Shown here: one piece after another, positions 20,095 to 31,629 of the stretch
How positions within the stretch are numbered: the first letter of the stretch is position 1
Layout: the number at the start of each line of letters is the position of its first letter
From: Dehalococcoidia bacterium
GTDB lineage: Bacteria > Chloroflexota > Dehalococcoidia > Plut-88900
DNA length: 64,000 nucleotides
Direction: 5' to 3'
NCBI GenBank assembly: GCA_965207225.1
Contig: CBDBLV010000005.1
Location: forward strand, 1,344,001 to 1,408,000
Notes under the pieces: generated by a model
Told to the model about the DNA's origin: nothing
What the model saw: the letters and a program-made list of their open reading frames with translations, nothing else
The model's database searches: none
Translations under genes and position numbers: made by a program

Positions 20095-21177
20095 TTAGTT
20101 GAAAGTCAAAACGCTGCGGGCCATGTGGCCTTCCTTCATGTCATCGAAGGCCTTGTTCACGTCTTCCAGGGGAATCTGCTGGGAAATCATCTCCTTCAAC
20201 TTCAGGCGCCCCTGGAGGTAGAGCTCGATGTAGCGGGGCATGTCTATCCTGAACCTGTTGGAGCCCATGCTGCTCCCGCCGATCTTCCGCTCGCTGAGGA
20301 GGGACGGGCCGTCAAGGTGAATCTCGGTACCCTCGGGGATCATGCCGATGACCGTGGCCGTCCCGCCGTCGTCGAGCATGTAGTAGGCCTGTTCGGCAGT
20401 CTGCTTCAGGCCGATTGCTTCGAATGAATAGTCGACTCCCCGGGGGGAGAGAGCCCTTACTTTTTCCACTGCGTCGCCGGTGGAAGCGTCTACAACGTCC
20501 GTCGCTCCGAGTTGCATTGCCAAGCCAAGCTTCGTTTCCACGGTGTCAATGGCTATGATTTTTTCCGCGCCTGCGAGGACCGCACCCTGGAGGGCACTCA
20601 GGCCTATGCCACCCAAGCCGAGAACTGCCACAGTGCTGCCGGGGGCCACCTTTGCGGTGTTCAGCGCCGCCCCGACTCCCGTAGTGACTGCACAGCCGAT
20701 CAAAGCCACCTCTTCAAGGGGCACGTCTTCCCGGATCTTACAGGTGGCGTTTTCGTGGACGAGCATGTACTCGGCGAAGGTGGACAGGTTGGAAAACTGG
20801 TGCATGACGTTGCCGTTCTGGGTCAATCTGGGAGGCTCGCCGGGGGGGCGCTTCATGCCCTTGCGCCGGCACAGGTGGGGACTGCCGCTCAGGCACTTGT
20901 CGCATACACCGCAGAAGACCGAGAGACAAGTAATGACATGGTCTCCGGGTTTTACGTAGTCCACCATGGAGCCGACGGCCTCGATGACTCCGGCGGCCTC
21001 GTCGCCAAGAACGGTGGGCATGGGGAAGGAGTACTTGCCCTCCATATAGTGAAGGTTGCTGTGACACACCCCGGATGCAACTGTCCGAATCACCACTTCG
21101 TTGGGGCCCGGGTCATCGATCTGGACATCCTCGATGGTCAGGGGGACGTCGACTTCGCGCAGTACGGCTGCTCGCAT
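20095..21177 (-). CDS. Zn-dependent alcohol dehydrogenase paralog with altered catalytic-metal motif
   Basis: Paralog of the neighbour but CHSN and GDEAAG. Confidence 0.9.
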   Translation of the reverse strand: MRAAVLREVDVPLTIEDVQIDDPGPNEVVIRTVASGVCHSNLHYMEGKYSFPMPTVLGDEAAGVIEAVGSMVDYVKPGDHVITCLSVFCGVCDKCLSGSPHLCRRKGMKRPPGEPPRLTQNGNVMHQFSNLSTFAEYMLVHENATCKIREDVPLEEVALIGCAVTTGVGAALNTAKVAPGSTVAVLGLGGIGLSALQGAVLAGAEKIIAIDTVETKLGLAMQLGATDVVDASTGDAVEKVRALSPRGVDYSFEAIGLKQTAEQAYYMLDDGGTATVIGMIPEGTEIHLDGPSLLSERKIGGSSMGSNRFRIDMPRYIELYLQGRLKLKEMISQQIPLEDVNKAFDDMKEGHMARSVLTFN

Positions 21178-21369
21178 TGGTTACCTCCTGAATAAAGGGC
21201 GGTAAGCAGTGTGGAGTCAGGTCGGGTATTAGGGGAGTTTATTATCCCGTGTTAGGCGGCGTCAACAAGGCTGAGGCTAGCTTCAGGCTTCAGCCGATTG
21301 CGGAGCTTTCATGTAAGATAGCCAGGCGGTGGGGTCTACCAGAAGCAGCGCCAACCATTTCTCAGGAGC

Positions 21370-21921
21370 ATGTCAATGACAGGTGAATTGGGGGCCAAGG
21401 TTATCAGGGAAGCCGAGTTCGACCAGAGATACATCGGTTACATTCGTATCCTGGGGTGCCTATGGCTAGTGATAACAGTGGTCGGGATCCTGCTGATACC
21501 CTTCTGGCTGATATTCAGCCTCTGGTTTGCGCCCGAGTCATTGCGGCGGCTTTCGGCACGGGTGACTGCCAACAGCGTTGAAATCAAGAAGGGGGTGTAT
21601 TTCCGAAAGGAGATCACCATTCCGCTGAACCGCATCACCGACGTCCGTCTCCACGATGGGCCGCTGATGCGCTTTTACGGCATCCGGGGGATCAGGGTCG
21701 AGACGGCAGGTCAGTCCGGACAGTATTCCGGCACAGAGGGTGACCTAGTCGGGGTGGTTGACCCGGTGGCGTTCAGGGATGCTGTCCTACGGCAGCGAGA
21801 GATTATGGTGGAGGGGGGACAGGCCGCTGCTAGTGCTCCCGCCGCCGGGGCGCCGACCGACAGCGCCTCGGTGCTGGCAGAGATACGGGATATTCTTGCC
21901 AGGATAGAGTCGAAGGGCTGA
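21370..21921 (+). CDS. Membrane protein with bacterial PH (bPH_2/YdbS-like) domain
   Basis: Hydrophobic segment followed by G...K.ITIPL.RITDV...GPLMR.YG....VETAG. Confidence 0.8.
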   Translation: MSMTGELGAKVIREAEFDQRYIGYIRILGCLWLVITVVGILLIPFWLIFSLWFAPESLRRLSARVTANSVEIKKGVYFRKEITIPLNRITDVRLHDGPLMRFYGIRGIRVETAGQSGQYSGTEGDLVGVVDPVAFRDAVLRQREIMVEGGQAAASAPAAGAPTDSASVLAEIRDILARIESKG

Positions 21922-21928
21922 GGCGGCC

Positions 21929-23011
21929 TTGCCGGGCCGGGATAGCCCGACACAGGCTCCGTTGCTCCAGCGATACCTGCCGTCTATCTCCCCAATCCTT
22001 TCGCTCCTCATCATTGGTTCTCTGCTCATGTACGCCCTCGCCTGCACTTCTCCCGCCGATGAGACTGGGCCCTGCGTGGAAGACGGGCGGGTCCTCAACG
22101 TCGGGTTCTACGCCTATTTCGAGCCTGTCAGCTACAGCGCCAACGAAGATCCCGCGTCCGACGGCTTCAACACGCACGCCGGCTACGAAGCCGACCTCCT
22201 AACCGCTCTCGAAGCTATGGAGGATACCGGGCTCTCCTTTTACCGTCGAGGGATTGCAGTGTGGGAAAACATTTGGCTTCTTTCCGCTGATCCTGCCTAC
22301 GACATTGTAGGTGGCGGAATCACCATCCTGGACTCCAGGACGATGGATGACACCGGCAACTCTGTGGTCGCTTTTACCGAGGGCCATATCCAGTTTCGCC
22401 AGTCGCTATTGGTCCGCTCCGAAGATGCAGACAGGCTGGCCCACTATTCAGACCTGAATAGTGATGTGCGCGTCGGCGCTCTTGCCGGCACCACGGGAGA
22501 GTTCAGATTGCTGGAAATCACCGTACTGGTGGATGGCAACGGTGTTTTGGCCACCGGCACGCGCATTGAAACGCCCGAAGGGGCGTTGATCGCAGACGGC
22601 GCTGGCTATGTCATAACGCCAGCCGGGGAGTCCCCCAATCTTGTCGGAAGACGCCTGCTGTACCCCCCGTCGGATGCCATGCCTCAAGTCGTCTACCTGG
22701 GGTACACCGAAGGTGAGAAGGAGCTTTTCGACGCCCTCCGGGCAGGCGATATAGACGCCGTGGCCAGGGGCGAAATCGGCAACCGGGACGCCGCCAGCGT
22801 AGAGAGCGGCGAGTTCATTGTCACTGCCCTAGACGACAAGGTTGAGCAGGGCGGCTTCACCCTCGCGGTCCAGGACGCAGACTTGCTCTCATGTCTGAAT
22901 GAGAGAATCGGCCGGTTGACCGATAATCGGCGCATTGGCTACGCGGAATGGCTGGAGGACTCCTCGGTGTTCATGCGCCGGGCCCAACAGTGGAACGACC
23001 GGGACCGCTAG
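21929..23011 (+). CDS. Amino-acid-type substrate-binding lipoprotein (SBP family 3-like); start uncertain
   Basis: Lipobox ALA-C, F.PVSY, GYEADL, GGITI..SR, GTTGE, G.IDAV. Confidence 0.75.
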   Translation: MPGRDSPTQAPLLQRYLPSISPILSLLIIGSLLMYALACTSPADETGPCVEDGRVLNVGFYAYFEPVSYSANEDPASDGFNTHAGYEADLLTALEAMEDTGLSFYRRGIAVWENIWLLSADPAYDIVGGGITILDSRTMDDTGNSVVAFTEGHIQFRQSLLVRSEDADRLAHYSDLNSDVRVGALAGTTGEFRLLEITVLVDGNGVLATGTRIETPEGALIADGAGYVITPAGESPNLVGRRLLYPPSDAMPQVVYLGYTEGEKELFDALRAGDIDAVARGEIGNRDAASVESGEFIVTALDDKVEQGGFTLAVQDADLLSCLNERIGRLTDNRRIGYAEWLEDSSVFMRRAQQWNDRDR

Positions 23012-23045
23012 CCACCCCCTCCCGAACCGCCGATAGCCGTCGGGG

Positions 23046-23504
23046 TTACTCAGTGGTAACCCTTTCTCCCTGGCCGAGAAGGGCGGCCTTGAGGGTGTGC
23101 CAGGGCAGGGTGGCGCACTTGACGCGCATGGGGAACTCGCTGACGCCCGACAGGGCGGCCAGCTTGCCCAACTTGTCTATAGCCTCCATCATGTCCATGT
23201 CGATTTCGCCGGTAACGGACTGATGGAAGGTCTCTAACAGTTCCTCGGTGGCCTTCCTGTCGAGGCCTTTGACCAGTTCGGTCATCATCGAGGCGGAGGC
23301 CTTGGAAATGGCGCACCCTTCCCCCTGGAAACCAACCTCCCTGACGGTGTCACCATCCATTACGACTTCGACGTTTATCATGTCGCCGCAGAGGGGGTTG
23401 TAGCCCTGGGCGGAGCCGTTGGCGTTTTGGAGGCGTCCGAAATTTCTCGGGCGGTTGTTGTGGTCCAGCACGGCCTGCTGGTACAGCTCCGAAAGCTCAC
23501 TCAT
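23046..23504 (-). CDS. sufU: SUF system SufU/NifU-like protein
   Basis: LYQQAVLDH, NPLCGD, GCAISKASAS, RVKCATLPWH. Confidence 0.95.
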   Translation of the reverse strand: MSELSELYQQAVLDHNNRPRNFGRLQNANGSAQGYNPLCGDMINVEVVMDGDTVREVGFQGEGCAISKASASMMTELVKGLDRKATEELLETFHQSVTGEIDMDMMEAIDKLGKLAALSGVSEFPMRVKCATLPWHTLKAALLGQGERVTTE

Positions 23505-24751
23505 GGGTTGAAGACCTCGATAACCTTGTCCAGGCCCTTGACCAGGGCGTCGATATCCGACCTGGTATTGTAAAACGCGAGGGAAGCCCTGGCGGTGGCG
23601 GGTACGCCGAAATGCTGCATGACGGGCTGGGCGCAGTGGTGGCCGGTGCGGATGGCGACGCCTTCGGTGTCGAGGATGGTGCCTACGTCGTGGGCATGGA
23701 TGCCTTCAAGCAGGAAGGAGACTACGCCAGCCTTTTCGCGGGCGGTGCCGAGGATACGGACTCTTTCGATGGATGAGAGGGCTTCGTGGGCGTAGTGGAG
23801 AAGTCTCTTTTCGTAGTCGAAGATGCGGGCCATGCCCACGGACTCCACGTAGTCAATTGCTGCACCCAATCCTATGGCTCCTGCGATGTTGGGGGTACCG
23901 GCCTCGAATTTGTAGGGGAGGTCGTTGTAAATCGTCTTTTCGAAGGTCACGGACTTGATCATATCGCCGCCGCCCTGATACGGGGGCATGGCATCGAGGA
24001 TATCCGCCTTGCCGTAGAGGACTCCCATGCCCGTGGGGCCGAAGACCTTGTGGGAGGAGAAGGTAAAGAAGTCGCAGTCCAGGTCCTTCATGTCGACGGG
24101 GCCATGGGGCACGGCCTGGGCGCCGTCAATGAGAACGGGAATGTCTCGGGCGTGGGCCATCTCCACTATGGTCTTGACGGGATTTATGGTGCCGAGGGCG
24201 TTGGAAGTGTGGGCCATTGCGACCAATTTCGTCCGGGGCCCTAGCATCTGCTCATATTCATCAATGAGGAGTTCGCCGTCCTCGTTGAAGGGGACGACCT
24301 TTAGCTCGGCGCTGGTCTGCTCGCAGAGCATCTGCCAGGGGACGATGTTGGAGTGGTGCTCCATTTCGGAGATGACGATCTCGTCACCCGGGCCGACGTT
24401 GGCGGGGCCGTAGCTGCCAGCTACGAGATTGATTCCGTCCGTGGTGCCCCGGACGAAGATGATCTCTTGGTCTTCCGAGGCGTTGATGAAGCTGCGCACC
24501 TTGGCTCGGGCGCCTTCGTATTCGGCGGTGGCCATTTCGCTGAGGGCGTGGAGGCCCCTGTGGACGTTGGCGTTGTATCGGGCGTAGTAGTCGGAGATGG
24601 CATCAATGACGGACTGGGGCTTCTGGCTGGTTGCGGCGTTGTCGAGGTAGACGAGGGGCTTGCCCCTCACCTCCTGATTGATGGCCGGGAACTGGCTCCT
24701 GAGCCGCCTGGCTTCAGCATCGTCAATGGGGCGGGCGCCCTCGGGGCTCAT
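23501..24751 (-). CDS. sufS: Cysteine desulfurase SufS
   Basis: YLDNAATSQKP, EHHSNIVPW, SSHK, RTGHHCA. Confidence 0.97.
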   Translation of the reverse strand: MSPEGARPIDDAEARRLRSQFPAINQEVRGKPLVYLDNAATSQKPQSVIDAISDYYARYNANVHRGLHALSEMATAEYEGARAKVRSFINASEDQEIIFVRGTTDGINLVAGSYGPANVGPGDEIVISEMEHHSNIVPWQMLCEQTSAELKVVPFNEDGELLIDEYEQMLGPRTKLVAMAHTSNALGTINPVKTIVEMAHARDIPVLIDGAQAVPHGPVDMKDLDCDFFTFSSHKVFGPTGMGVLYGKADILDAMPPYQGGGDMIKSVTFEKTIYNDLPYKFEAGTPNIAGAIGLGAAIDYVESVGMARIFDYEKRLLHYAHEALSSIERVRILGTAREKAGVVSFLLEGIHAHDVGTILDTEGVAIRTGHHCAQPVMQHFGVPATARASLAFYNTRSDIDALVKGLDKVIEVFNP

Positions 24752-26073
24752 GGGTTGGCCTCGAAGGCGCCTGATTCGGCGCAGCGGGTTAGTTTTTCCC
24801 GAACGAGGCCCGACATATATTCGCGAATCCGGGGGTCAGGAGCGAGGGCCAAGACGGCCTCGGCAAAGCCGTAGGTCAGGATGCGTCGGGACTGGGCAGG
24901 CCCGATTCCCCGGCTGGCTAGGTAGAAGATTGCTTCCTCGTCCAGCTGGCCGACGGTTGCTCCGTGGGAGCACTTGAGGTCGTCGGCGAAGATTTCGAGC
25001 TGGGGCTTGGTGTCGACCATGGAACGGTCGGAGAGGAGGAGGTTGTTGTTGGTCTGATGGGCATCGACCTGGTGAGTGCCGCGTCGGGCGATGATCTTGC
25101 CGTTGAAGACGGCCCTGGCGTTGTTGGTAAGTACGCCCTTGTAAAGCTGCCGGCTGGGGGTAAAGGATGCGGTGTGGTCGACGGAAGTGTGGTTGTCGAC
25201 GTGGCCGTTAGCCGAGGCGATGTAGAGGCCGTTCATGGTGCACTCGGCGCCCTCGCCTTCAAGAGAAACTGACAAATCGTTGCGGGCGATTCTTGCGCCG
25301 AGGTCGAGGGTGAAGGAAGTGAAGGCGCTGTCCCGGGCGAGGGTGACGTTTGTTGTGCCAATGTGGAAGGTCTCGGGGCCTTCTTCCTGGACCTTGTACC
25401 AAGCGAGCCGGGCACCCTCTTCAAGCACGATGTTGGTTACGGCATCGGTCAGGCAGACACAATCGCCGCTGGTGTAGTGCTCGAGAACCGTAGCGGAGGC
25501 GCCCTTTTCGATGATGATGAGGTTGTGGGGGTGGGCCATGGAGGGGGTCGGGGACTCGTTAGCGAGGAAGGAGAGGAGGATCGGGGTTGACGGCATGACG
25601 CCGGCGGGAACCCTGATGAAGCCGCCATCCTCAAGGAAGGCCCTGTTGAGGGAGACGAAGCCGTTGGTGATGTGGGCAGGGTTAACAGCCAGACGGCCTT
25701 CTACTGGCTTGGAGGAGTCACTAAGTGTTTGTGCGAGGCTCGTCACTTCGATGGGAAGTGCATTGTCTTCCAAACCGACGCTGGAGGCATACTTTCCGCC
25801 AACGAATCGGAGCCCGGGGACGTCCAGGGAAGAAATCGAGGAGTCAGGGTAATCCGCGGCTCGGGCCAGGGTGAAACGCTGCCTGGCTATGGGGGCGACG
25901 TTGGTGTATTTCCAGTCCTCGTCGCGGGTGGTGGGGAAGCCGAGGGACTCGAACTCACGAAAGGCATCGCGCCTGAGGGATTGCAGCCAATCGGGGGTCG
26001 AGCCCTCTTCCCTAGTCTGTAGGGCTTCGAACTCACTAACGAAGGAGTGTTCGCTGCTGCGGACTTGTACCAA
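24748..26073 (-). CDS. sufD: Fe-S cluster assembly protein SufD
   Basis: EDWKYT, KPQLEIFADDLKCSHGATVG, FYLASRG. Confidence 0.95.
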   Translation of the reverse strand: MVQVRSSEHSFVSEFEALQTREEGSTPDWLQSLRRDAFREFESLGFPTTRDEDWKYTNVAPIARQRFTLARAADYPDSSISSLDVPGLRFVGGKYASSVGLEDNALPIEVTSLAQTLSDSSKPVEGRLAVNPAHITNGFVSLNRAFLEDGGFIRVPAGVMPSTPILLSFLANESPTPSMAHPHNLIIIEKGASATVLEHYTSGDCVCLTDAVTNIVLEEGARLAWYKVQEEGPETFHIGTTNVTLARDSAFTSFTLDLGARIARNDLSVSLEGEGAECTMNGLYIASANGHVDNHTSVDHTASFTPSRQLYKGVLTNNARAVFNGKIIARRGTHQVDAHQTNNNLLLSDRSMVDTKPQLEIFADDLKCSHGATVGQLDEEAIFYLASRGIGPAQSRRILTYGFAEAVLALAPDPRIREYMSGLVREKLTRCAESGAFEANP

Positions 26074-26105
26074 TTTGGAGGCTCTTTGCGGGTGTGGCTG
26101 AGGTG

Positions 26106-26861
26106 TCAGGCCGTGGCGACCTGATCGCGGACCCAGTCGTAGCCGTGCTCTTCGAGGTGCTGGGCGAGACTACCGTCGCCCGACTCTACGATGCGTCCGT
26201 CCATCAAGACGTGGACGAAGTCGGGGCCGACGTATTCGAGGATTCTCTGGTAGTGGGTAATCAGCAGGACGGCCTTTGAAGGGCTCCTCAAGCGGTTAAT
26301 GCCTTCGGAAACGATACGGAGGGCGTCGATGTCGAGGCCGGAGTCGGTCTCGTCGAGGACGGCGAGGTCGGGCTCAAGGACGGCCATCTGGAGGATCTCG
26401 TTGCGCTTTTTTTCGCCGCCAGAGAAGCCGTCGTTGAGGGGGCGGTTGAGGTAGGAAGGGTCCATCTCCACCACCTGGAGCTTGTCCTTGAGGAAGCGGT
26501 AGAACTCGACGGCGTCCAGTTCCGTTTGCCCTCTGTGCTCCCTGAGGGAGTTGTAGGCGGTCTTGAGGAACTCCTGGGTGGAGACCCCCGGAATCTCATA
26601 GGGGTACTGGAAGGCCATGAAGATGCCTTCACGGGCGCGTTCCTCGGGGGGGAGGTCAAGGATGGAGTTGCCCTTGTAAAGGATGTCGCCCCGGGTGCAG
26701 GTGTAGGACTGGTGGCCGGAGAGGACTCGGGCGAGGGTGCTCTTACCGGAGCCGTTAGGCCCCATGATGGCGTGGAACTCGCCGGCGTTGACGGTCAGGT
26801 TTATTCCCTTGAGGATTTCAACATCGCCGACTCCGGCGTGGAGGTCTCTGATTTCAAGCAA
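26106..26861 (-). CDS. sufC: Fe-S cluster assembly ATPase SufC; TTG start at 26861, ORF-track extension is spurious
   Basis: [32 protein letters not shown]. Confidence 0.96.
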   Translation of the reverse strand: MLEIRDLHAGVGDVEILKGINLTVNAGEFHAIMGPNGSGKSTLARVLSGHQSYTCTRGDILYKGNSILDLPPEERAREGIFMAFQYPYEIPGVSTQEFLKTAYNSLREHRGQTELDAVEFYRFLKDKLQVVEMDPSYLNRPLNDGFSGGEKKRNEILQMAVLEPDLAVLDETDSGLDIDALRIVSEGINRLRSPSKAVLLITHYQRILEYVGPDFVHVLMDGRIVESGDGSLAQHLEEHGYDWVRDQVATA

Positions 26862-26875
26862 TTGAAGTTTCTTCC

Positions 26876-28312
<1,437 letters not shown>

Positions 28313-28430
28313 ACTTATGCCCCGCCTGACTGGGTATTAGGGGAACAGAACGGAGGATTTTACATCAAAAACCGGGGCCTGCCAAAAAGCGGACGCCCCG
28401 GTGAGCCGCCTAGATTGTCGTGCGAGAGAA

Positions 28431-28451
28431 TTATAATCCCTTTTATTATAA
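28431..28451. promoter_or_regulatory. AT-rich palindromic operator candidate between divergent sufB and fumC
   Basis: TTATAAT-CCCTTTT-ATTATAA. Confidence 0.5.
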
Positions 28452-28604
28452 AAATCTATAGAAAAAAGGTCTCGGAAGCGGCATTTTGATTTCAGGCGGT
28501 CCCGGGGTCGAGGCAAGAGGTTCGGTTGAGCACGGTTCGGTTGACGCCTCCTAACGGCCTCTTTACAGTTGTCCCCCGAGACGCGAATCCAAGGAGAATC
28601 TCCC

Positions 28605-30002
28605 TTGACTGATGACAAACCGACCAGAATCGAAAAAGATTCAATGGGCCCAATGGAAGTGCCGGCCGACGCCTACTATGGCGCTTCAACGATGCGGGCC
28701 GTACTGAATTTTCCTATCAGCGACCTCCGGTTTCCCCGGTCGTTCATCCGGGCGCTGGGCCTAATCAAGCTGGCCGCTTCGGAAGTGAATTGCGAGCTGG
28801 GGCTGCTGGACTCGGACAAGAAGGACGGAATCGTGCAGGCCGCACAGGAAGTGGTGGACGGGAAGCTGGACGATCACTTCGTGCTGGACGTATTCCAAAC
28901 GGGCTCGGGAACCTCGACTAACATGAACGCCAACGAGGTGATAGCGAACCGGGCGTCGGAGATCATGGGCGGGGGGATCGGGTCACGGGTGGTGCATCCC
29001 AATGACCATGTTAACAAGGGGCAGTCTTCCAACGACGTCATTCCGACTACCATGCACCTGGCCGCCCTGACCGAGATTGAGACTAACCTACTCCCAGCGC
29101 TACAGAGAACCCAGGCGGCGCTTGAAGCCAAGTCCAAGGAATTTTGGGACATCATCAAGACGGGTCGAACACACCTGCAGGATGCGACTCCCGTGCGGCT
29201 GGGCCAGGAGTTCAAGGGGTATGCGAGCCAGATAGAGCTTGGGATCAAGCGTCTGGACCACGCCCGCGAGGAGCTTTCCCAGGTTGCGCTGGGAGGCACG
29301 GCGGTGGGGACGGGGGTGAATACCCATCCCGAGTTTGCTGCAAGGGTCACGGGACGAGTGTCGGAGCTTGGGGAGGTGAAGATCAGAGAGACGGAGCACC
29401 ACTTCCAGGCCCAGAACACCCTCGACGGGGTGGTGGAGGCCAGCGCCGTTCTGCGCACCATCGCCATCAGCATGACAAAGATAGCCAATGACATCCGGTG
29501 GATGGGGTCGGGGCCGAGGGCGGGGATAGGAGAGCTTGCATTGCCCGAGGTGCAGCCCGGAAGCTCGATCATGCCGGGCAAGGTGAACCCGGTTATTCCG
29601 GAGTCGGTGATCCAGGTCTGTGCCCAGGTCAAGGGCAACGACGCGGCCATCGCCGCCGCAGGGCAGGACGGCTATTTCGAGATCAACCTGATGATGCCTG
29701 TGGCCGCGTACAATTTGCTGCAGTCGATATCCATTCTAGCCGCTGCCGCGGACAACTTGACAAAGCAGTGCATAGAGGGGCTTCGTGCCACGGACCAGGG
29801 CCCGAGCACCGTGGAGCGAGGGTTGATGATTGGGACTGCCCTGGCCCCAGTGGTCGGGTACGACATTTCCGCCCAGATAGCCAAGGAAGCTGCGAAGAGC
29901 GACCGCACGATTCGGGAGGTTGCGCGGGAAATGACGGACCTTTCGGAGGAAGAGTTGTCGCGAATCCTGGACCCGGAGAGGATGGTCGAGCCCCGGGCGT
30001 AA
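28605..30002 (+). CDS. fumC: Class II fumarate hydratase; TTG start after AAGGAG preferred over 28569
   Basis: RIEKDSMG, QTGSGTSTNMN, GRTHLQDA, GSSIMPGKVNP. Confidence 0.95.
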   Translation: MTDDKPTRIEKDSMGPMEVPADAYYGASTMRAVLNFPISDLRFPRSFIRALGLIKLAASEVNCELGLLDSDKKDGIVQAAQEVVDGKLDDHFVLDVFQTGSGTSTNMNANEVIANRASEIMGGGIGSRVVHPNDHVNKGQSSNDVIPTTMHLAALTEIETNLLPALQRTQAALEAKSKEFWDIIKTGRTHLQDATPVRLGQEFKGYASQIELGIKRLDHAREELSQVALGGTAVGTGVNTHPEFAARVTGRVSELGEVKIRETEHHFQAQNTLDGVVEASAVLRTIAISMTKIANDIRWMGSGPRAGIGELALPEVQPGSSIMPGKVNPVIPESVIQVCAQVKGNDAAIAAAGQDGYFEINLMMPVAAYNLLQSISILAAAADNLTKQCIEGLRATDQGPSTVERGLMIGTALAPVVGYDISAQIAKEAAKSDRTIREVAREMTDLSEEELSRILDPERMVEPRA

Positions 30003-30017
30003 GTATTGGCGAAATAG

Positions 30018-30048
30018 AAAGGCGTCGGCGCACTCCGCCGACGCCTTT
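30018..30048. terminator. Bidirectional intrinsic terminator
   Basis: AAAGGCGTCGGCG/CGCCGACGCCTTT 13-bp stem between convergent genes. Confidence 0.8.
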
Positions 30049-30071
30049 GCGTTCCGGGATCGGTCTCGCCT

Positions 30072-31166
30072 CTAGTCCGGGAACTGGATTACCGAGCGGA
30101 GAACTTCGCCGCGCTCCATTTCCTCGAAGGCTTCTTCCACGTCGTCGAGCTTGATCAGCTTGGTGACGGCCCTGTCCAGATCGAGCTTGCCCTGCAGGTA
30201 CCAGTTGGCAAACATGGGGAAGTCCCTCGATGGCAGGTTGTCGCCGTACCAGCTGACCCTGAGGGAGCCTCCAAGTCCGAAGAACTGGAGCATGGGGAGC
30301 TCCATGACCATGGTCGGGTCGGGGACGCCGATGAGGGTGCAGGTTCCGGCGAGATCTCGGGACCAGAGGGCCTGGAGGAGGGTGGCGGGGGTGCCTACGG
30401 CCTCAAAGGAGTGGTCTACGCCGTTGCCGCCGGTAATTTCCTTGATGGCTTCTACTGGGTCGGCCTTCGTGGCGTCAACGGTGTGGGTGGCGCCGAACTC
30501 TTTGGCCCATGCGAGCTTGTTGTCGGCGATGTCTACACCGATGATGGTCTTAGCATTGGCCAGCTTGGCACCCATGATCACGCTGCACCCGACCCCGCCA
30601 CAGCCGTAGACCGCTACGGTGCTCCCACGGCGGACGCCGCCCGTGTAGAGTGCCGCACCGATGCCGGTGGTCACACCGCATCCTAGGAGGCACGCCTGGG
30701 CGGGGGGGCATTCTCGGGGGACGGGGACGGCCTGCCTGGCCGAGACAACGGTGTGGGTGCAGAAGCCGCCGATGCCCAGGGCAGGTGAAAGCTGCTTGCC
30801 GTCGCTCTTCGCGGTCATCCGGGGCTGGGCGTTGAGGCTTGCGGAGCAGAGGTGGGGCTGGCCGATGGCGCAGAAGCGGCAGTTTGCACAGGGGGCCCTC
30901 CAAGCGATGACGACGTAGTCGCCGACAGCGGGGGACTCCACGCCCTCGCCGGCCGCCTCCACGATGCCTGCGACCTCGTGGCCGAGGAGGAAGGGGAATT
31001 CGTCGGTGATCTTGCCGAGCTTGTAGTGGAGGTCGGTATGGCAGACGCCGCTGGCCTGGACTCTTACAAGGACTTCCCCGGGCCCCGGGTCTTCAACGAC
31101 CATGTCCTCGACGCGGGTCGGGGCACCTGCCTCCCTGGAAATAACGGCTTGAGCAATGGTTGCCAT
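30072..31166 (-). CDS. S-(hydroxymethyl)mycothiol dehydrogenase-like Zn MDR
   Basis: CHTDLHY, DEFPFLLGHE, SRDLAGT, GGSLRVSWYGDNLPSRDFP resemble actinobacterial MscR. Confidence 0.8.
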   Translation of the reverse strand: MATIAQAVISREAGAPTRVEDMVVEDPGPGEVLVRVQASGVCHTDLHYKLGKITDEFPFLLGHEVAGIVEAAGEGVESPAVGDYVVIAWRAPCANCRFCAIGQPHLCSASLNAQPRMTAKSDGKQLSPALGIGGFCTHTVVSARQAVPVPRECPPAQACLLGCGVTTGIGAALYTGGVRRGSTVAVYGCGGVGCSVIMGAKLANAKTIIGVDIADNKLAWAKEFGATHTVDATKADPVEAIKEITGGNGVDHSFEAVGTPATLLQALWSRDLAGTCTLIGVPDPTMVMELPMLQFFGLGGSLRVSWYGDNLPSRDFPMFANWYLQGKLDLDRAVTKLIKLDDVEEAFEEMERGEVLRSVIQFPD

Positions 31167-31331
31167 GAACAGCCTCCGTATAGTGGGTTGTTAAGGAGTA
31201 ATGGTAGCATAAGGGTGGGGAGGGGGAGGGTGGAAAGCTAGAGGTCTCAACAGAACGAGAGTGGTCGAGCAATTTTCGATATAAATTGAAGGTAAGACGC
31301 TCGACTTTTCCTCTGAGGGAACCCGTATTTC

Positions 31332-31360
31332 TTGACACTGAAATTGGGCGTTCCTATAAT
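31332..31360 (+). promoter_or_regulatory. Consensus sigma70 promoter for rpsU
   Basis: TTGACA-17 nt-TATAAT. Confidence 0.85.
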
Positions 31361-31416
31361 CGGAGACCGATTGTTCAAATAAACTAGCGATACAAAAACT
31401 AGGGGAGGAGCCCAAA

Positions 31417-31602
31417 TTGTCCGAGGTAAGGTTGGGGCGAGACGAAAATTTCGAGAGCCTGCTGAAGCGGTTCAATAAGAAGGTCCAGCAGAACGGGATA
31501 CTATCCGAGGCGAGGCGTCGGGAGTACTACGAAAAGCCGAGCATCAAGCGGAAGAAGAAGGCCGCCGCGGCGGCACGAAAGCGACGAAACGCTCGACGGT
31601 AA
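31417..31602 (+). CDS. rpsU: 30S ribosomal protein S21
   Basis: ESLLKRF, EYYEKPS..RKKK; GGAGG RBS. Confidence 0.96.
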   Translation: MSEVRLGRDENFESLLKRFNKKVQQNGILSEARRREYYEKPSIKRKKKAAAAARKRRNARR

Positions 31603-31629
31603 TACGGGGGTACACCGACAGATCGCCCG

